A DNA stretch of 64,000 nucleotides, from NCBI RefSeq assembly GCF_009914755.1, contig NC_060940.1. One strand, given 5' to 3'. Origin of the DNA: the human T2T-CHM13v2.0 reference genome, Homo sapiens. Below, in pieces: positions 19,195 to 36,350 of the stretch (positions are counted from its first letter, which is position 1; each line of letters opens with the position of its first letter). A model generated the notes under the pieces. The model was not told the origin of the DNA. It saw only the letters and a program-made list of their open reading frames with translations, and searched no databases. The position numbers and the translations under genes are program-made.

Positions 19195-19730
19195 GATCAG
19201 GGACTGGCCAACTCCATCCCACAGCCCCAATCTGGCTCGCCTCCTATTGTAATTTTTTTTTTTTTTTTTTGAGATGAAGTCTCGCTCTGTCACCCAGACT
19301 GGGATGCAGTGGTGTGACCTAAGTTCACTGCAACCTCCATCTCCTGGATTCAAGCGATTCTCCTGCCTCCGCCTTCTGAATAGTTGGGATTACAGGTGCA
19401 TGCTACCATGCCCGGCTAATTTTTGTATTGTTAGTAGAGATGGGGTTTCACCATGTTGGCCAGGCTGGTCTTGAACTCCTGACCTCAACTGATCTGCCCT
19501 CCTCAGCCTCCCAAAGTGCTGGGATTACAGGCATGAGCCACTGCACCTGGCCTGTTGTAAATAAATTTTTATTGGAACAAAGCTCTGTCCATTCACTTAG
19601 GTATTTCCCCTGGCTGCTTTCACTACCACAACCAACTTGAATAATTCCGTGAGAGAATGTATGGCCCACAAAGCTAAAAATATTTACTATCTGGCCATTT
19701 CCAGAAAAAGCTTGCCAATTCCTGGTCTAG
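19195..19730. mobile_element. MER58A-like MITE split by an antisense AluS (19253-19552)
   Basis: cagggactggccaact.. / ttgtaaataaattttattggaaca..tatttactatctggcc..cttgccaattcctg. Confidence 0.85.
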
Positions 19731-19809
19731 ATCATTCCAAGTGCTAAATAGGGCTGACCCTTCAGGATCCTATTAGCATAGGGTCCCATTGGAGCCATTC
19801 AACAAGTCA

Positions 19810-20340
19810 TTATTCATACATTTATTCAACAGATATTTATTGAGCACCTACTATGTGCTGGGCACTGTGCTAGGTGTTTTGGATATTTACAGGGATGAAC
19901 AAAATTAGGCAGGCTTCTTGCCCTTATGGAGCTCAGCTTCTAGGGAGGGTAGGGGAGACTAATATAATAACCACATTAAAAATGAAAAATTTCCGTTGTG
20001 ATGAGCCCTTACAAAAAGAACCTTATGTGGTACTTTGAGAACATTTGACAGCAGTATTTTGTCCAAACTGGGATGGGGAGGACAGTCTAGGAAGACACCC
20101 TTCAGGATAGGACCCCCTAGTGAATACCAGAAGTGTGAGAAGGGGTTAGCCGGGTGAGGCAGAGAGTGATGTGCTCCAGGCAAGGATAGGACAGAGGGAG
20201 CACGGTGCACTCCATGCAGTGAAAGATGGCCAGCATGGCTGACCTGCAACAGGAAAGAGGAGAATGTCCAAGATGACTCCAGGGAGGTGGCCAGGGCCAC
20301 AGCATGCAGGGCCTTGAGAGCACCTAAGAGCAGTTGCATA
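19810..20340 (-). mobile_element. L2 3' fragment, antisense
   Basis: ttcaacagatatttattgagcacctactatgtgctgggcactgtgctagg. Confidence 0.75.
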
Positions 20341-20499
20341 ATGTCCTGCTCTCAGGGCAGCTGATGCTTGAGTGGGGGCTCAAATGATGAGAAAGAGCCA
20401 CGCAAAGGAAGACCACAGAGAGGCGTGTTCCAGACAGAGGGAGAAGCCTGCATATTATGCACTAATTCCAGAGGGGAAATGTACCTTTGCAATGGAGAG

Positions 20500-21340
20500 G
20501 TCTGGTGTTATGTCCCTAGCCAAGGGCTCAAACTTGGCATCACCAAGTGGGGAGCAAAGAAATACATGTTTCCTGGCATGATGCAATGTGAAAGATATGG
20601 CATCACCTTGAAGGATTCTTGCCAGAAATGTTTCACCCCAATCAAATCAAGCCTCTGAAACTAATCTTCAGGACAGAAGAAATATAGGGGAGAGAGGAAC
20701 AAGTTCAATAACACCCAGAGGAAACTTCGGACAAATCCAAATGTGGGACATTCTACAAGACATCTGGCTGAGATTTTTCAAAAGTCAATGCCACATGCTG
20801 CAACTTTAAAAGGAAGGATTTTAAGCCAATTTCATTTAAAAGGGGAAGTGAGTTTGGTGTTATCCTGTGGACCAAATCTGGCCCACTACCTGTTTTTGTA
20901 AATAATGTTTTATTGGAATACAGCCATGTTCACTTGTTTACTTACTGTCCATGGCTGCTTTTGTATGAAAAGAGCAGAGTTAAGTGACTGCAACAGAGAT
21001 GATATGGCCTGCAAAGCCAAAAATATTTGCTACCCGGCCCTTTCTAGAAAATGATTACCAAACTTTGTTATAGATTTAGACTAAAAACACCTAGTGACCA
21101 AATGCAGTGTGTAAGCCTTGATTATATCTGGGTTCAAGAAGAAAGCTATAAAAATATTTTTGGGCCAATGAGGAAAGCATGAATATGGACTATATATTAA
21201 ATAATATCAGGCTCTATTGTTCATTTTCTCAGGTGTGAAATGGTATTATGATTATGTAGTAGAAGTTCCTGTTCTTAGACAACGCACACTATTATTTAAG
21301 AGTGAAGTACCATGTAATCTACTTTCAGGTGGTTATATAC
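20500..21340 (+). mobile_element. L1MC/ME 3' fragment with an internal MER58A (about 20865-21065)
   Basis: caaatccaaatgtgggacattctacaa; ccaaatctggcccactacctgtttttgtaaataa; gaatatggactatatatta. Confidence 0.7.
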
Positions 21341-21522
21341 ATACACATGCATGCACACATGGCAGGTGGCATCCTCAGTTACCCCTCAACTCATGCCAAT
21401 ATTTCCAAAATATGACATGCACACTGCTGGTACTTCCTGGGCTGTTTTTAGGTGGCAGAAGACAGGTTTTATTTTATTTTTATTTTTTTCATTTACTAAA
21501 ACCAAAGAAAACTTTAATATTA

Positions 21523-21996
<474 letters not shown>

Positions 21997-22044
21997 CTAA
22001 AAGAGTAGATTTTAAATGTCTTCAACCCTCCAAAACTAAGTATG

Positions 22045-22290
22045 TGAGGTAATGAATTTTTTTAACTTTTACTTTAAATTCAGGGGTATAAGTGCAGGTT
22101 TGTTACATAGGTAAACTTGTGTCACGGGTGTTTGACTATTTCATCACCCAGTACCTAGTACTCATTAGTTATTTCTCCTGATCCTCTCCCTCCTCCCACC
22201 CTCCACCCTCTGAAAGGGTGTGTTGTTCCCTTCTATGTGTCCATGTGTTCTCATCATTTAGCTCCCACGTATAAATGAGAACATGTGACA
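22045..22290 (-). mobile_element. L1PA/PB 3' end fragment, antisense
   Basis: ttcaggggtataagtgcaggtttgttacataggtaaacttgtgtc ... tcatcatttagctcccac. Confidence 0.85.
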
Positions 22291-22537
22291 GCTTTCATTT
22301 TAATAGTTATGTATTTATTCTTCTGATTAGTTTCCATTTCTGATAAGTGATACTGGCTTCCCACTTATTGTAGGAATATAAGGTCTTCATTTCAAATAAA
22401 TATATTTAAGTTTAAAGCAATATGAGCCAACTAAAAAGGAAATATGAAGCAGACACTATTATAAGGCAAGGCAACAACCAAGAAAGGCTGAATTTGGATA
22501 ACCACTTTGCCTTCAAAGCATTGATCATAGTCCATGA

Positions 22538-23500
<963 letters not shown>

Positions 23501-23646
23501 TCTGACAAATTACTGAATAAGACATATGAGGACTCTGTGAGACTTTCTACATAGAGACATTTGCAGATCCAAAAAAAGCATTTTGTCTAAGGCTACCTGG
23601 CTGCATTTCTGAATGAGAGGTTACCATTCCTGCATTTTTCTTTCAG

Positions 23647-23766
23647 GACATATAATCTCTGCATATATAAAGGACCCATCCCTGGCCCCATGCTCCTGGG
23701 GCAGCCAAGATTCCAGGGGGGAGCTAAAACACATCTACTGCTGACTTCGAGGTCAAACTCTCCCAG
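23647..23766 (+). other. Candidate 120-nt exon (probably non-coding)
   Basis: Acceptor ctgcatttttctttcag|G and donor CAG|gtaaat in non-repeat DNA. Confidence 0.25.
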
Positions 23767-23879
23767 GTAAATGCAGACCACTAGGAAAGATGAGGACCAC
23801 TAGGAAATGCCTCTGGATTTCATTTTTTTCTGGCATCATCATGAGCCTAGAGATCCAGACTGCTTCCGACACTCCATTC

Positions 23880-24310
23880 TTTTATGTTTAGTTTCCTCTT
23901 CTATTTTCTTTACCAATGCAAACTTTTGAAGAAGATATTGCTTTGGGGAGGTTTATAAGAGCTGCAAAGATCTCTATTAACCATCCTTTAACAGTGAGAT
24001 AAAGACCAGCTGTTTCACTAATTGCCCTTAACTGCTTGGGCTTGGTTATTAATGAATGCCCTCGCCTTGAGTTCAAACAGCTTAATTAGCTAAAGTTAAG
24101 TGTTTCCAATAAATTTACTAACCTATGATAAGCTTTCCTTTAATAGGAAATGTGCAGTTCTTAATTAAATAGAATAATTTACAACTCCACGTCTATTATA
24201 AGTAATGGTTGCCCAGTTACCATGTTACCTAATTAGGTGATAGTGAAGTTTCTCCAAAGGGGAACGGAGGGTTACAGTTGAACATGCCCTTGGACAAACC
24301 AATTTGTTAG
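23880..24310. promoter_or_regulatory. Candidate homeodomain/GATA-rich enhancer
   Basis: TAATTA at 24083, TTAATTAA at 24161, palindrome ACCTAATTAGGT 24227-24238, AGATAA and TGATAA sites, CAGCTG; no repeat signature recognised. Confidence 0.4.
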
Positions 24311-24520
24311 CAGCTCAACAGTAGCGGAGCTATGGGCAGCCTCTGGCACTGGCATCTGGGTTGGAATGTCCTCTCTGCCATGCAGAAGGGTCCGGCTGCC
24401 TCATCTGTAAAATGGAAACTAACTCCCTGAGGGGCCTCTCGGGAGTAGATTGGATAGCATTTGCAATCATTTAAATGAAGAATAAAAAGACAAGTTAATA
24501 CCCCCATTTAATACCTCTAG

Positions 24521-25180
<660 letters not shown>

Positions 25181-25222
25181 GGGTCACATTTATATAGGCA
25201 AAATTATTCCAAGAGGAGATTA

Positions 25223-25885
<663 letters not shown>

Positions 25886-26100
25886 GGGGGTCAGGGGAGG
25901 ATTTAGCAGTCAGGTTAAGCAGGTCATACTTTGAATTTTGCCATGGTTGAGGACTACATTTAATCCAGGCAGAGTGATTTCAATAGTTCATCTGAAAGGA
26001 TATCAGCTATTAATGAGGTTGGTTATTATTATCTGTCTAATGGATAAAACCTTATTAGACCTAGAAGAATAAAAAATTATTTGCTCAAAGTCACATCACT

Positions 26101-26420
26101 GGCCACGTGCAGTGGCTCACATCTGTAATCCCAGCACTTTGGGAGGCTAAGACAGGAGGATCACCTGAGCCCATGAATTCAAGACCAGCCTGGTCAACAT
26201 GGACCCAGTCACTACAAAAAATACAAAAAAAAAAAAAAAATAGCCGGGTGTGTTGGTGCATGCCTGTAGTCCCAGTTGCTCAAGAGGCTGAGGTGGGAGG
26301 ATCAATTGAGCCCAGGAGGTTGAGACTGCAGTGAGCTGTGATCGCACCACTGCACTCCATCCTGAGAGACAGAGTGAGACCCTGTCTCAAAAAAAATAAA
26401 AAAAAAATAAATAAATAAAA
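26101..26420 (+). mobile_element. AluJ-like element
   Basis: Alu dimer; TSD tcacatcact on both sides. Confidence 0.9.
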
Positions 26421-26542
26421 TCACATCACTATTATAAGTATCATTTGCATATCATAATAAATTCCACCATCACATATTTGGGCAGAGCCTTGAACATTTT
26501 CAAAAAAGCTTTCACATCATCCAGTGAAATTATCACACAAGC

Positions 26543-26929
26543 TGTATTAGTCCATTTTCATACTGCTATAAAGAATGGCCCGAGACTGGGTAATTTATAA
26601 AGGAAAGAGGTTTAATTGACTCACAGTTCAGCATGGCTGGGGAGGCCTCAGGAAACTTACAATCATGACGGAAAGCAAAAAGGAAGCAAAGCACCTTCTT
26701 CACAAGGTGGCAGGAAGGAGAAGTCCTGAGCGAAGAGGGGAAAAGAGCCCCTTATAAAGCCATCAGATCTCGTGAGAACTCACTCACTATCATGAGAACA
26801 GCAAGGAGGAAACCACCCCCATGATTCAATAACCTCCACCTGGTCTCTCCCTTGATATGTGGGGATTATGGGGATTACAATTCAAGATGAGATTTGATTT
26901 AGGTGGGGACACAAAGCCTAACCATATTA
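26543..26929 (-). mobile_element. THE1D-like MaLR solo LTR
   Basis: tgtattagtccatttt ... gggacacaaagcctaaccatatta; 5-bp TSD CAAGC at 26538 and 26930. Confidence 0.92.
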
Positions 26930-28084
26930 CAAGCCCTGGAACAACAATAAGATGGAATTTTGATCTCCATTTATCTGATGAAGCCCAGGTAATTTGGGTT
27001 TTTTTCTTCTTCTCTTTTGGCTTAATCCATTCTCCCTCCACATCAGACCACCCTTCCTCTTTCTGTTAATCCTCATTGACAATTTAGAATACATCCTTCC
27101 AAATTTGTCTCTATACTCATAAATCACACACAAATATATGTATTCACACACAGTATATAATACATAGGCATTTGTCATTTTATGCACGCTTCCGCAGCTC
27201 CCATTTCCTCATTCTGCAATATGCCATGGAAATCCCTCCAAGGCATCTGGTATTGCTCTAATTCATCGTTTTTTAATAGCTGCAGAAAATTCCATGGTGT
27301 GGATGTCCTGTAATTTGTTCAATCATTAATGGGCATTCACTCGTTTCTCCCTCTTTGGCTACTACAAACAGTGCTGCAATAAACATCCTTTCTACAAACA
27401 TCCTTATGTACCATGGCCTTTATGTCTACGAGATAGAGGCCCAGGATGGGGATTACGGGGTCAAAGAGTATATGTATTTCTCTTTAACTATTTTTAAAAG
27501 AGCAAAGCAAGAGAACAGGGTAGTAGATACCTCTAGAGAAAGGCGGAGAAGGCAGAGAAAGTGGACTAGAGAGAAGCTTGCAGGTGGCTTCAACAGTATT
27601 GGTGACGACTGCATTCTTAGGTTGGAAATGGGTTCATTTTATCATTATTCTATATAATTTATGTGTCTTATTACCTATATTATTTGCTATATATCCAGTC
27701 CTATATAATTTCCAAAAATCTATATATTTTATTTTAATAAATGTGGCCAAAACACAGCTGAAATAATTCTCATTCCCATCAACAATATAGGTGAGATTGG
27801 TCTTTTCCATTTTTTTTCCCAGCCTGAGAGGGATATCTCACTGTTACTTTAATTTACATATCTCTGACACTGGTGAGTTTGAACATCTTTAATAAATGTA
27901 TCATTCATTTCAATGAAATAAGTGACATTTTAAATCATCTACAAACCCTTTCCCATTAAGTAAAAAGGGGAAGGCTGATCTTCACTCCTTTTCATCTTAC
28001 CCCTCTAAAAGATAAAGCTCAGAGTTTTTAAATGCCACAACAACAAAAAATCAACATGAATTGGTTCTCTTTTATCTAAAGTTC

Positions 28085-28145
28085 AAGATGCCATGACGTC
28101 AAAATGCATGATGACATGCGCTCTCCTCAGGGAAATCCCCAACTG
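28085..28145. promoter_or_regulatory. Full CRE plus NF-kB site pair
   Basis: TGACGTCA 28094-28101 and GGGAAATCCC 28130-28139 in non-repeat DNA. Confidence 0.35.
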
Positions 28146-29308
28146 GAACCTCAAATCCCCTAAAACTCTGGGCACAAATGTTTCTTTCCTATGAGAATCA
28201 ATGAGACTAGCAGGTCATGGCCGTTGGCAAGGTGACTGTGTCTTTTTCAGAATAAGAGGCTACCTGGACGCATTGTGGGAGAACATGCAACCTTGTCCCT
28301 ATCTAGCCTGGCTGGTCTCCTACCCTCCCGTTTTCTCTTCCCTCCCTTACAGGTCCTTACCCTGACCTGTAAGTTGACATTTTGACAAAACTAGAATCAA
28401 GCTCAACTCCTGTCTCTGCTCCTTCCTTTTCTCACTTTACAGCCCACCACAGACATGTCTTTGGAAAAATAGCCAGAGATCTAATTTGTTTTTAATAGCC
28501 ACATAACATCACATAGTATAGCTATATCAAATTTTATCCAGTCATTTGCTGTTGACAGACAGTCAGGTCGCTTCCAAAATGCTCTGGTTTTCATTTTTGC
28601 AAACAGCGTGGTAATATATTTTCTTGTATGTGCATCTTTTATCATTCTAGACCAGATTCTTCCCCCTTCAACTATATATATTTAACCTTTTCACCATACC
28701 TTCTTCGATACCAAATGTATCGACTTTTTTTTTAGTTGGTTGGTTGGTTGGTTGAGTTTCTTTGGACCAAATTTAAGGGGTTGAGAATGAAAGGGGGAAC
28801 TTCACTGTAGTACTAGCTTCCCTATCTATCCTCTACATAACAGTCACTTGTAATTTTATAGCCAGAACATAATTTGTATAGTTTCCCCTCCTTCTGATCA
28901 ACTGATTTAGTTGTTCTTTTTCCTCCATTCTGAAATTAGCTATTACAGAGCCATAATATAATTTTTTAAATTTCAAATCCTCTTTAAACAATTGATTTCT
29001 TGTTGCTATTTGTAGGCAAGAAGTTGAATCTGATATGAGCCCTGCCAGAAATTAATTTACAGTGTTAGAGAAGGATTATGACATATATAAATGAGTACAA
29101 TTTTAAAAAGGTAAATATCACAGTGTAAATACAAACTCATGGGATTCAGAGATAAGGGAGATCTCATTTTAGACAGAGAGATATAAAGGCAACTGGAAAG
29201 ACTTGGCTTTGGAGTTAGTTAGGCCTTGGGACACTGGTCCAATTTTGACATATGGAAATAGATGGAAGGAAAAGAATTAGAAAAGAACAGAGCAACAATG
29301 TATCTTTA

Positions 29309-30575
29309 TGTGACATTATGATTTATAATAAGAAATATATATATCTTTATCTCCAGTTCCTGGCAGATAGTGCCTAAATCCCTTGCAATTTCCTGGGCAA
29401 TAGAGATGTTAGGAGCATCTTTTGTTCCAATATTTGGTCTTTAACCCTGGTTCCTGCCACAGAGTTCCTAATCCCTTGCAATTTTCTGAGTGATGGGAGC
29501 ATCTCTTGTTCTAATATGGGAACTCTCAATGGGGCTTCTGGGTGGGGGCTGGTCACCAGAAAGACCAAGCCAAGAATAGAAGCTTGGAACTTTCATCCCC
29601 ACTCCCATCCTCTGAGAAGGATGGAGAGAGGCTGGAAATTGACTTAATAATCAATCATACCTATGTGATAAAGCCTCCATAAAAATCAAGGGGTTTGAGG
29701 AGCTTCTAGGTTTCTGAACACATGGAGGGTGTCTTACCCATACAGGATGTATTAGTTCATTTTTACACTGCTAATAAAGACATACCCAAAACTGGGTAAT
29801 TTATAAAGGAAAGAGGTTTAGTTGATTCACAATTCCACATGGCTGGGGAGGCATCACACTCATGACGGAAGGCAAAGGAAGAGCAAAGGCACATTCTTAC
29901 ATGGCGGCAGGCAAGAAAGCAGGTGCGGGGGAACTGTCTTTTACAAAACCATCAGATCTCATGAGACTTATTCCCTATCACAAAAACAGCATGGGAAAAA
30001 CCTGCCCCCATGGTTCAATTACCTCCCACCAGGTCCTTCCCACAACACGTGGGGATTACGGGAGCTACAATTCATGATGAGATTTGGGTGGGGACACAAC
30101 CACACTATATCAGAAGACATGGAATCTCCACAGCCCCTCTCCCCATACCTTGCCCTGTGCCTCATCTTTTTCATCTGGCTGTTCATCTGTATCCTTTGTA
30201 ATATCCCTTATAATAAATGGGTAAACATTAAGTATGGTGATTTCCTGAGTTCTGTGAGCCACTCTAGCAAATCATTAGGGAGAGGGTGGTGGGAACCCCT
30301 AATTTATAGCCAGTTGGTCAGTTCCAGAGGCCCAGACTTGCTATTGGCATCTGAGGTGGAAGCAGACTTGTGGGACTGAGTCCTTATCTTGTGGGATCTG
30401 ACTCCAAGTATATAATGTCAGAATTGAACTGAATTAGAGGATACCCAGTTGGTACCCATGGGAGTACTGACATGTAAGGAAAACCCCACCCATATGGTCA
30501 CAGAAGTGCATGGAGTTGAGTAAGTGTAGTAGGAAAAAACAGTCAATTTGCTTTTTTTTTTTTTTCCTACTACAC
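29309..30575. mobile_element. MER21-type LTR with a nested THE1
   Basis: gggggctggtcaccagaaagaccaagc, ttcctgagttctgtgagccactctagcaaat, tgtcagaattgaactgaatt. Confidence 0.8.
29748..30112 (-). mobile_element. THE1B/C-like solo LTR
   Basis: ctgctaataaagacatacc ... accatcagatctcatgagacttatt ... gatttgggtggggacaca..tatca. Confidence 0.9.
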
Positions 30576-30775
30576 ACTTTCCTTTTTAAATTTCTGGCCA
30601 GGAATAAAATCAAATAACCAAGAATTACAAATATTCATTGATTATGGGTGACTACTGTTGAAATGCATGCAGGGTAGGACATACTCCATGAATACATTAC
30701 AAATGCATTCATGTCTTCATTTTCTGAGATATCAGTCATTTCATAATGACAGGGAGATAAAATAAGGCATGACTC

Positions 30776-32012
<1,237 letters not shown>

Positions 32013-32104
32013 TTACCGATTCCACTCCTTTTGAGTGTAAGCGGGTCTTAGTAACTGGCTTCCAATAAATATGGAGTATAGCTTGAGTCTAGAAAAGGGA
32101 AATA

Positions 32105-32474
32105 GGACCAGGTGCAGTGGCTCATGCCTGTAATCCCAGCATTTTGGGAGGCTGAGGCAGAGGACAGCTTGAGGCCAGGAGTTTCAGACCAGCTTGGGCA
32201 ACATAGCAAGACCTTGTCTCTACAAAAAGTAAAAATAAAAAAATTAGCTGGGCATCCTAGTGCACACCTATAGTCCTAACTACTGAGGAGGCTGAGGAGA
32301 GAGGATTGCTTGAGCCCAAAGGTCAAGGCTGCAGCCCAGAAGGGCTTCCAGCCAAGGCCTTCCTGGCTCTTTTTTCCTTGGGATGGGAGGCCAGGGAAGG
32401 TAAAAATAACTGGATAATGTTGCTAGAATCACACCACTGCACTCCAGCCTGGGTGACAGAGTGAGACCATGTCA
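32105..32474 (+). mobile_element. AluJ-like element carrying a ~94-nt non-Alu insertion (32335-32428)
   Basis: Right arm breaks at aggctgcag and resumes at tcacaccactgcactccagcc. Confidence 0.9.
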
Positions 32475-32862
32475 AAGAAAAGAAAAGGAAAAGAAAGAGA
32501 GAAGGGGAGAGAGAGAGAGAAAGAGAGACAGAAATGAAGAAAGAAAGAAAGAGAGAGGGAGAGACAGAGGGAGAGAGAGAAGGAAAGAAGACAGAAAAGA
32601 AAGAAAGAAAGAAGGAAAGAAAGAAAGAGGAAAGAAAGAAAGAAAGAAAGGAAGAAAAGAAAGAAAGAAAGTAAGGAAGGAAGAAGGAAAGAAAGAAAGA
32701 GAAAGAAAGAAAGAAAAGAGAAAGAAAGAGAAAGAAAGAAAGAAAAAGAAAGGAAAGAAAGTGGGAAGGAGGGAGGGAGGGAAGAAGGGAAGGAAAGAAA
32801 GAAGGAAAGAAGGAAAGAAGGAAGGAAGGAAGGAAGGAAGGAAGGAAGGAAGGAAGGAAGGG
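32474..32862 (+). repeat. Purine-rich Alu-tail expansion (GA/GAAA/GGAA) ending in (GGAA)10 at 32820-32859
   Basis: Directly visible. Confidence 0.95.
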
Positions 32863-33392
32863 GACAGTGGAGAGGCCTGGCAGACACTGCTTTAATTCCA
32901 CAATCAAGGTCAGCATCAGTGATAGGCCATGTTGATAGCATGTACCTCTGTGCAATTCCTCCTAAAAATCCATTATTCCAGTCTAAATCACTAGGAAAAA
33001 CTTTATACAACCCAAACTGAGCAACATTCAACAAAATACCTGACCAGTCCTCCTCAGAATGGTCAAGTTCATGAAAAACAAGGAAAGACTGAAAAGCTGT
33101 CACAGACCAGAGGAGGCTAAGGAGGCCTGAGACTAAATGCAACGGAATCTCTTGCACAGGGTCCCAGAACAGAAAAGGAGCATTCGTGGAAAAACTAGAA
33201 AAATAAGGTCCGGAGTTTTGTATAAAAAAAAACACATAAAAAATAAAGTTGAGTAGATGCTATTTTTAAAAAGTACAAGGTGCAATGTGTCTGCTAAAAA
33301 TTCAAATAATAAAAGTTAATTGACTTTTATTATTATTTTATATTTATTGTGTTTTTAATCAAAAAATGAGCTTTGTACTATATGCACATTAA

Positions 33393-33627
33393 GGCTGGGC
33401 GCAGTGGCTCACACCTGTAATCCCAGCACTTTGGGAGGCCAAGGCACGCAGATCACTTGAGATCAGGAGCTCAAGATCAGCCTGGACAACATGACAAAAC
33501 CCTGTCTCTACTAAAAATACAAAAATTAGCTGGGCGTGGTGGCGTGGTGGCATGGTGGCATGGTGGCATGGTGGTGGTGGTGCACTGCAGCCTGGGTAAC
33601 AGAGCAAGACTGTCTCACGACAAAAAA
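33393..33627 (+). mobile_element. Alu with most of the right arm replaced by a GGCRTGGT x5 tandem
   Basis: 33533-33572 repeat, then cactgcagcctggg. Confidence 0.88.
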
Positions 33628-34526
33628 GGACCAGTTAAACAATACAGGAAGATACAGAGACAAACTTAACCCTTCCCCTGCCCACCATTATTCTCCAGCC
33701 AGTCCTCTTCTAGATAAGCAGTTTGTGTTGTTTTCTACAATCTCTTTGTGTTTACGTGAGAAACACAGAATATATATAGGAGCTTTTCCTCTTTTTTCAT
33801 GTTTTAACTACAAAAGTATTATCTTACTACTCATTGCTCTGCAACTGGCTTCTTTCATGCAAAAATATATTTTAACACTGTATCATAAATATCTTCCCAG
33901 CACAATGTATATAAATTGAACCTGCTCTTTCTTTAAATCAACTTTGCTGGGATAAAATTTATACAGAATAAAATGCACCCATTTGAAGCATACACTTATT
34001 ATGTATGCACAGATGTGTAGACCTGGATAACCACCAGCACATAACTTATTATTTTTAAAATCAAAGTCATCAATCATCTTGCCAAATCTAGTGAAATTTC
34101 CTGGCTCTTCTTTCTTTGGGGTAGGAAGCCAGGGAAGGTAGAAATAACTGGATAATGTTGGAGAATGACCATTGCAAGACTTTGCTCCTCACATCCCAGG
34201 TGCATATTCCAAGAAAATTCTGATTCCCCGGGAAAATTCTCCATGCTTGGCATAGTGCTGGAGCCATGTGACTTTGGAAAGGTCTGAGGGAGGCATTTAG
34301 GCAGAGACTCAGCTGGGGAAATCACTGGGGGGCCCTGCACCAACAGACAGGCGCCCAGAGCTGAGGAGGAATGGCAGCGGGGCCTGCTGAGTTAAGCAGA
34401 GGCCACAGACATCACCTTCTGGAGGCTCCCTCTACCACTGCTCCATGGGCAAGCCTGCTAGATACCCAGAAACAAGACAAAAGTGCTACACTGCCCAGGA
34501 TTTACTTTTAAAGATGCCAAGGAGGG

Positions 34527-34840
34527 GGCTGGGCATGGGGGTTCATGCCTGTAATCCCAGCACTCTGGGAGGTCAAGGCAGGTAGATCACTTGAGGTCAG
34601 GAGTTCGAGACTAGCCTGGCCAACATAGCGAAACCCTATCTCTACTAAAAATACTAAAATTAGCCAGGCATGATGGTGCACACCTGTAGTCCCAGCTACT
34701 CAGGAGCCTGAGGCACGAGAATTGCTTGAACCTGGGAGGTGGATGTTGCCATGAGCCGAGGTTTTGCCACTGCACTCCAGCCTGGGCAACACAGCGAGAC
34801 CTTGTCTCAATCAATCAATCAATAAAATAAAATAAAAATA
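34527..34840 (+). mobile_element. AluS-like element
   Basis: Alu dimer; TSD taaagatgccaaggag. Confidence 0.92.
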
Positions 34841-35109
34841 AAGATGCCAAGGAGAAAGTGTGAACCACAGACTTCCTCCCAAGCTGTCCCTTGAACCTAG
34901 GCACCATCTGTAGAAGCAAGACAGAAAAGGAAGGAATAGCCCCAAAAGAGAGTTGAATGTTTAAACCAGCTGAATATTTACCTGAAAAAAAGATTGTTTT
35001 ATGGGAGGGTAAAATGGGACCACTCAAAACTTTAAGAGACCGAGACATCTCTAATTGGCAAGTTTAGCTGTTTTCCTTGTTCCTTGGCAGGACAGGGACC
35101 TCTCAGGAA

Positions 35110-36350
<1,241 letters not shown>

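Noticed and set aside
29355-29515. Direct repeat cct(a)aatcccttgcaattt...ggagcatct..tgttc x2
   Set aside because: As I recall, this is an intrinsic internal duplication of MER21-type LTRs, not locus-specific.
29822-30379. 185-aa ORF
   Set aside because: Runs across a THE1 LTR and a MER21 LTR junction; chance open frame.
32323-33235. Long ORFs (210, 268 and 144 aa) rich in F/L/S or K/E/R
   Set aside because: Translations of the GA-rich microsatellite and flanking Alu/L1; the same applies to ORFs at 39327-39734, 58819-59056, 59227-59493 and 61641-62081.
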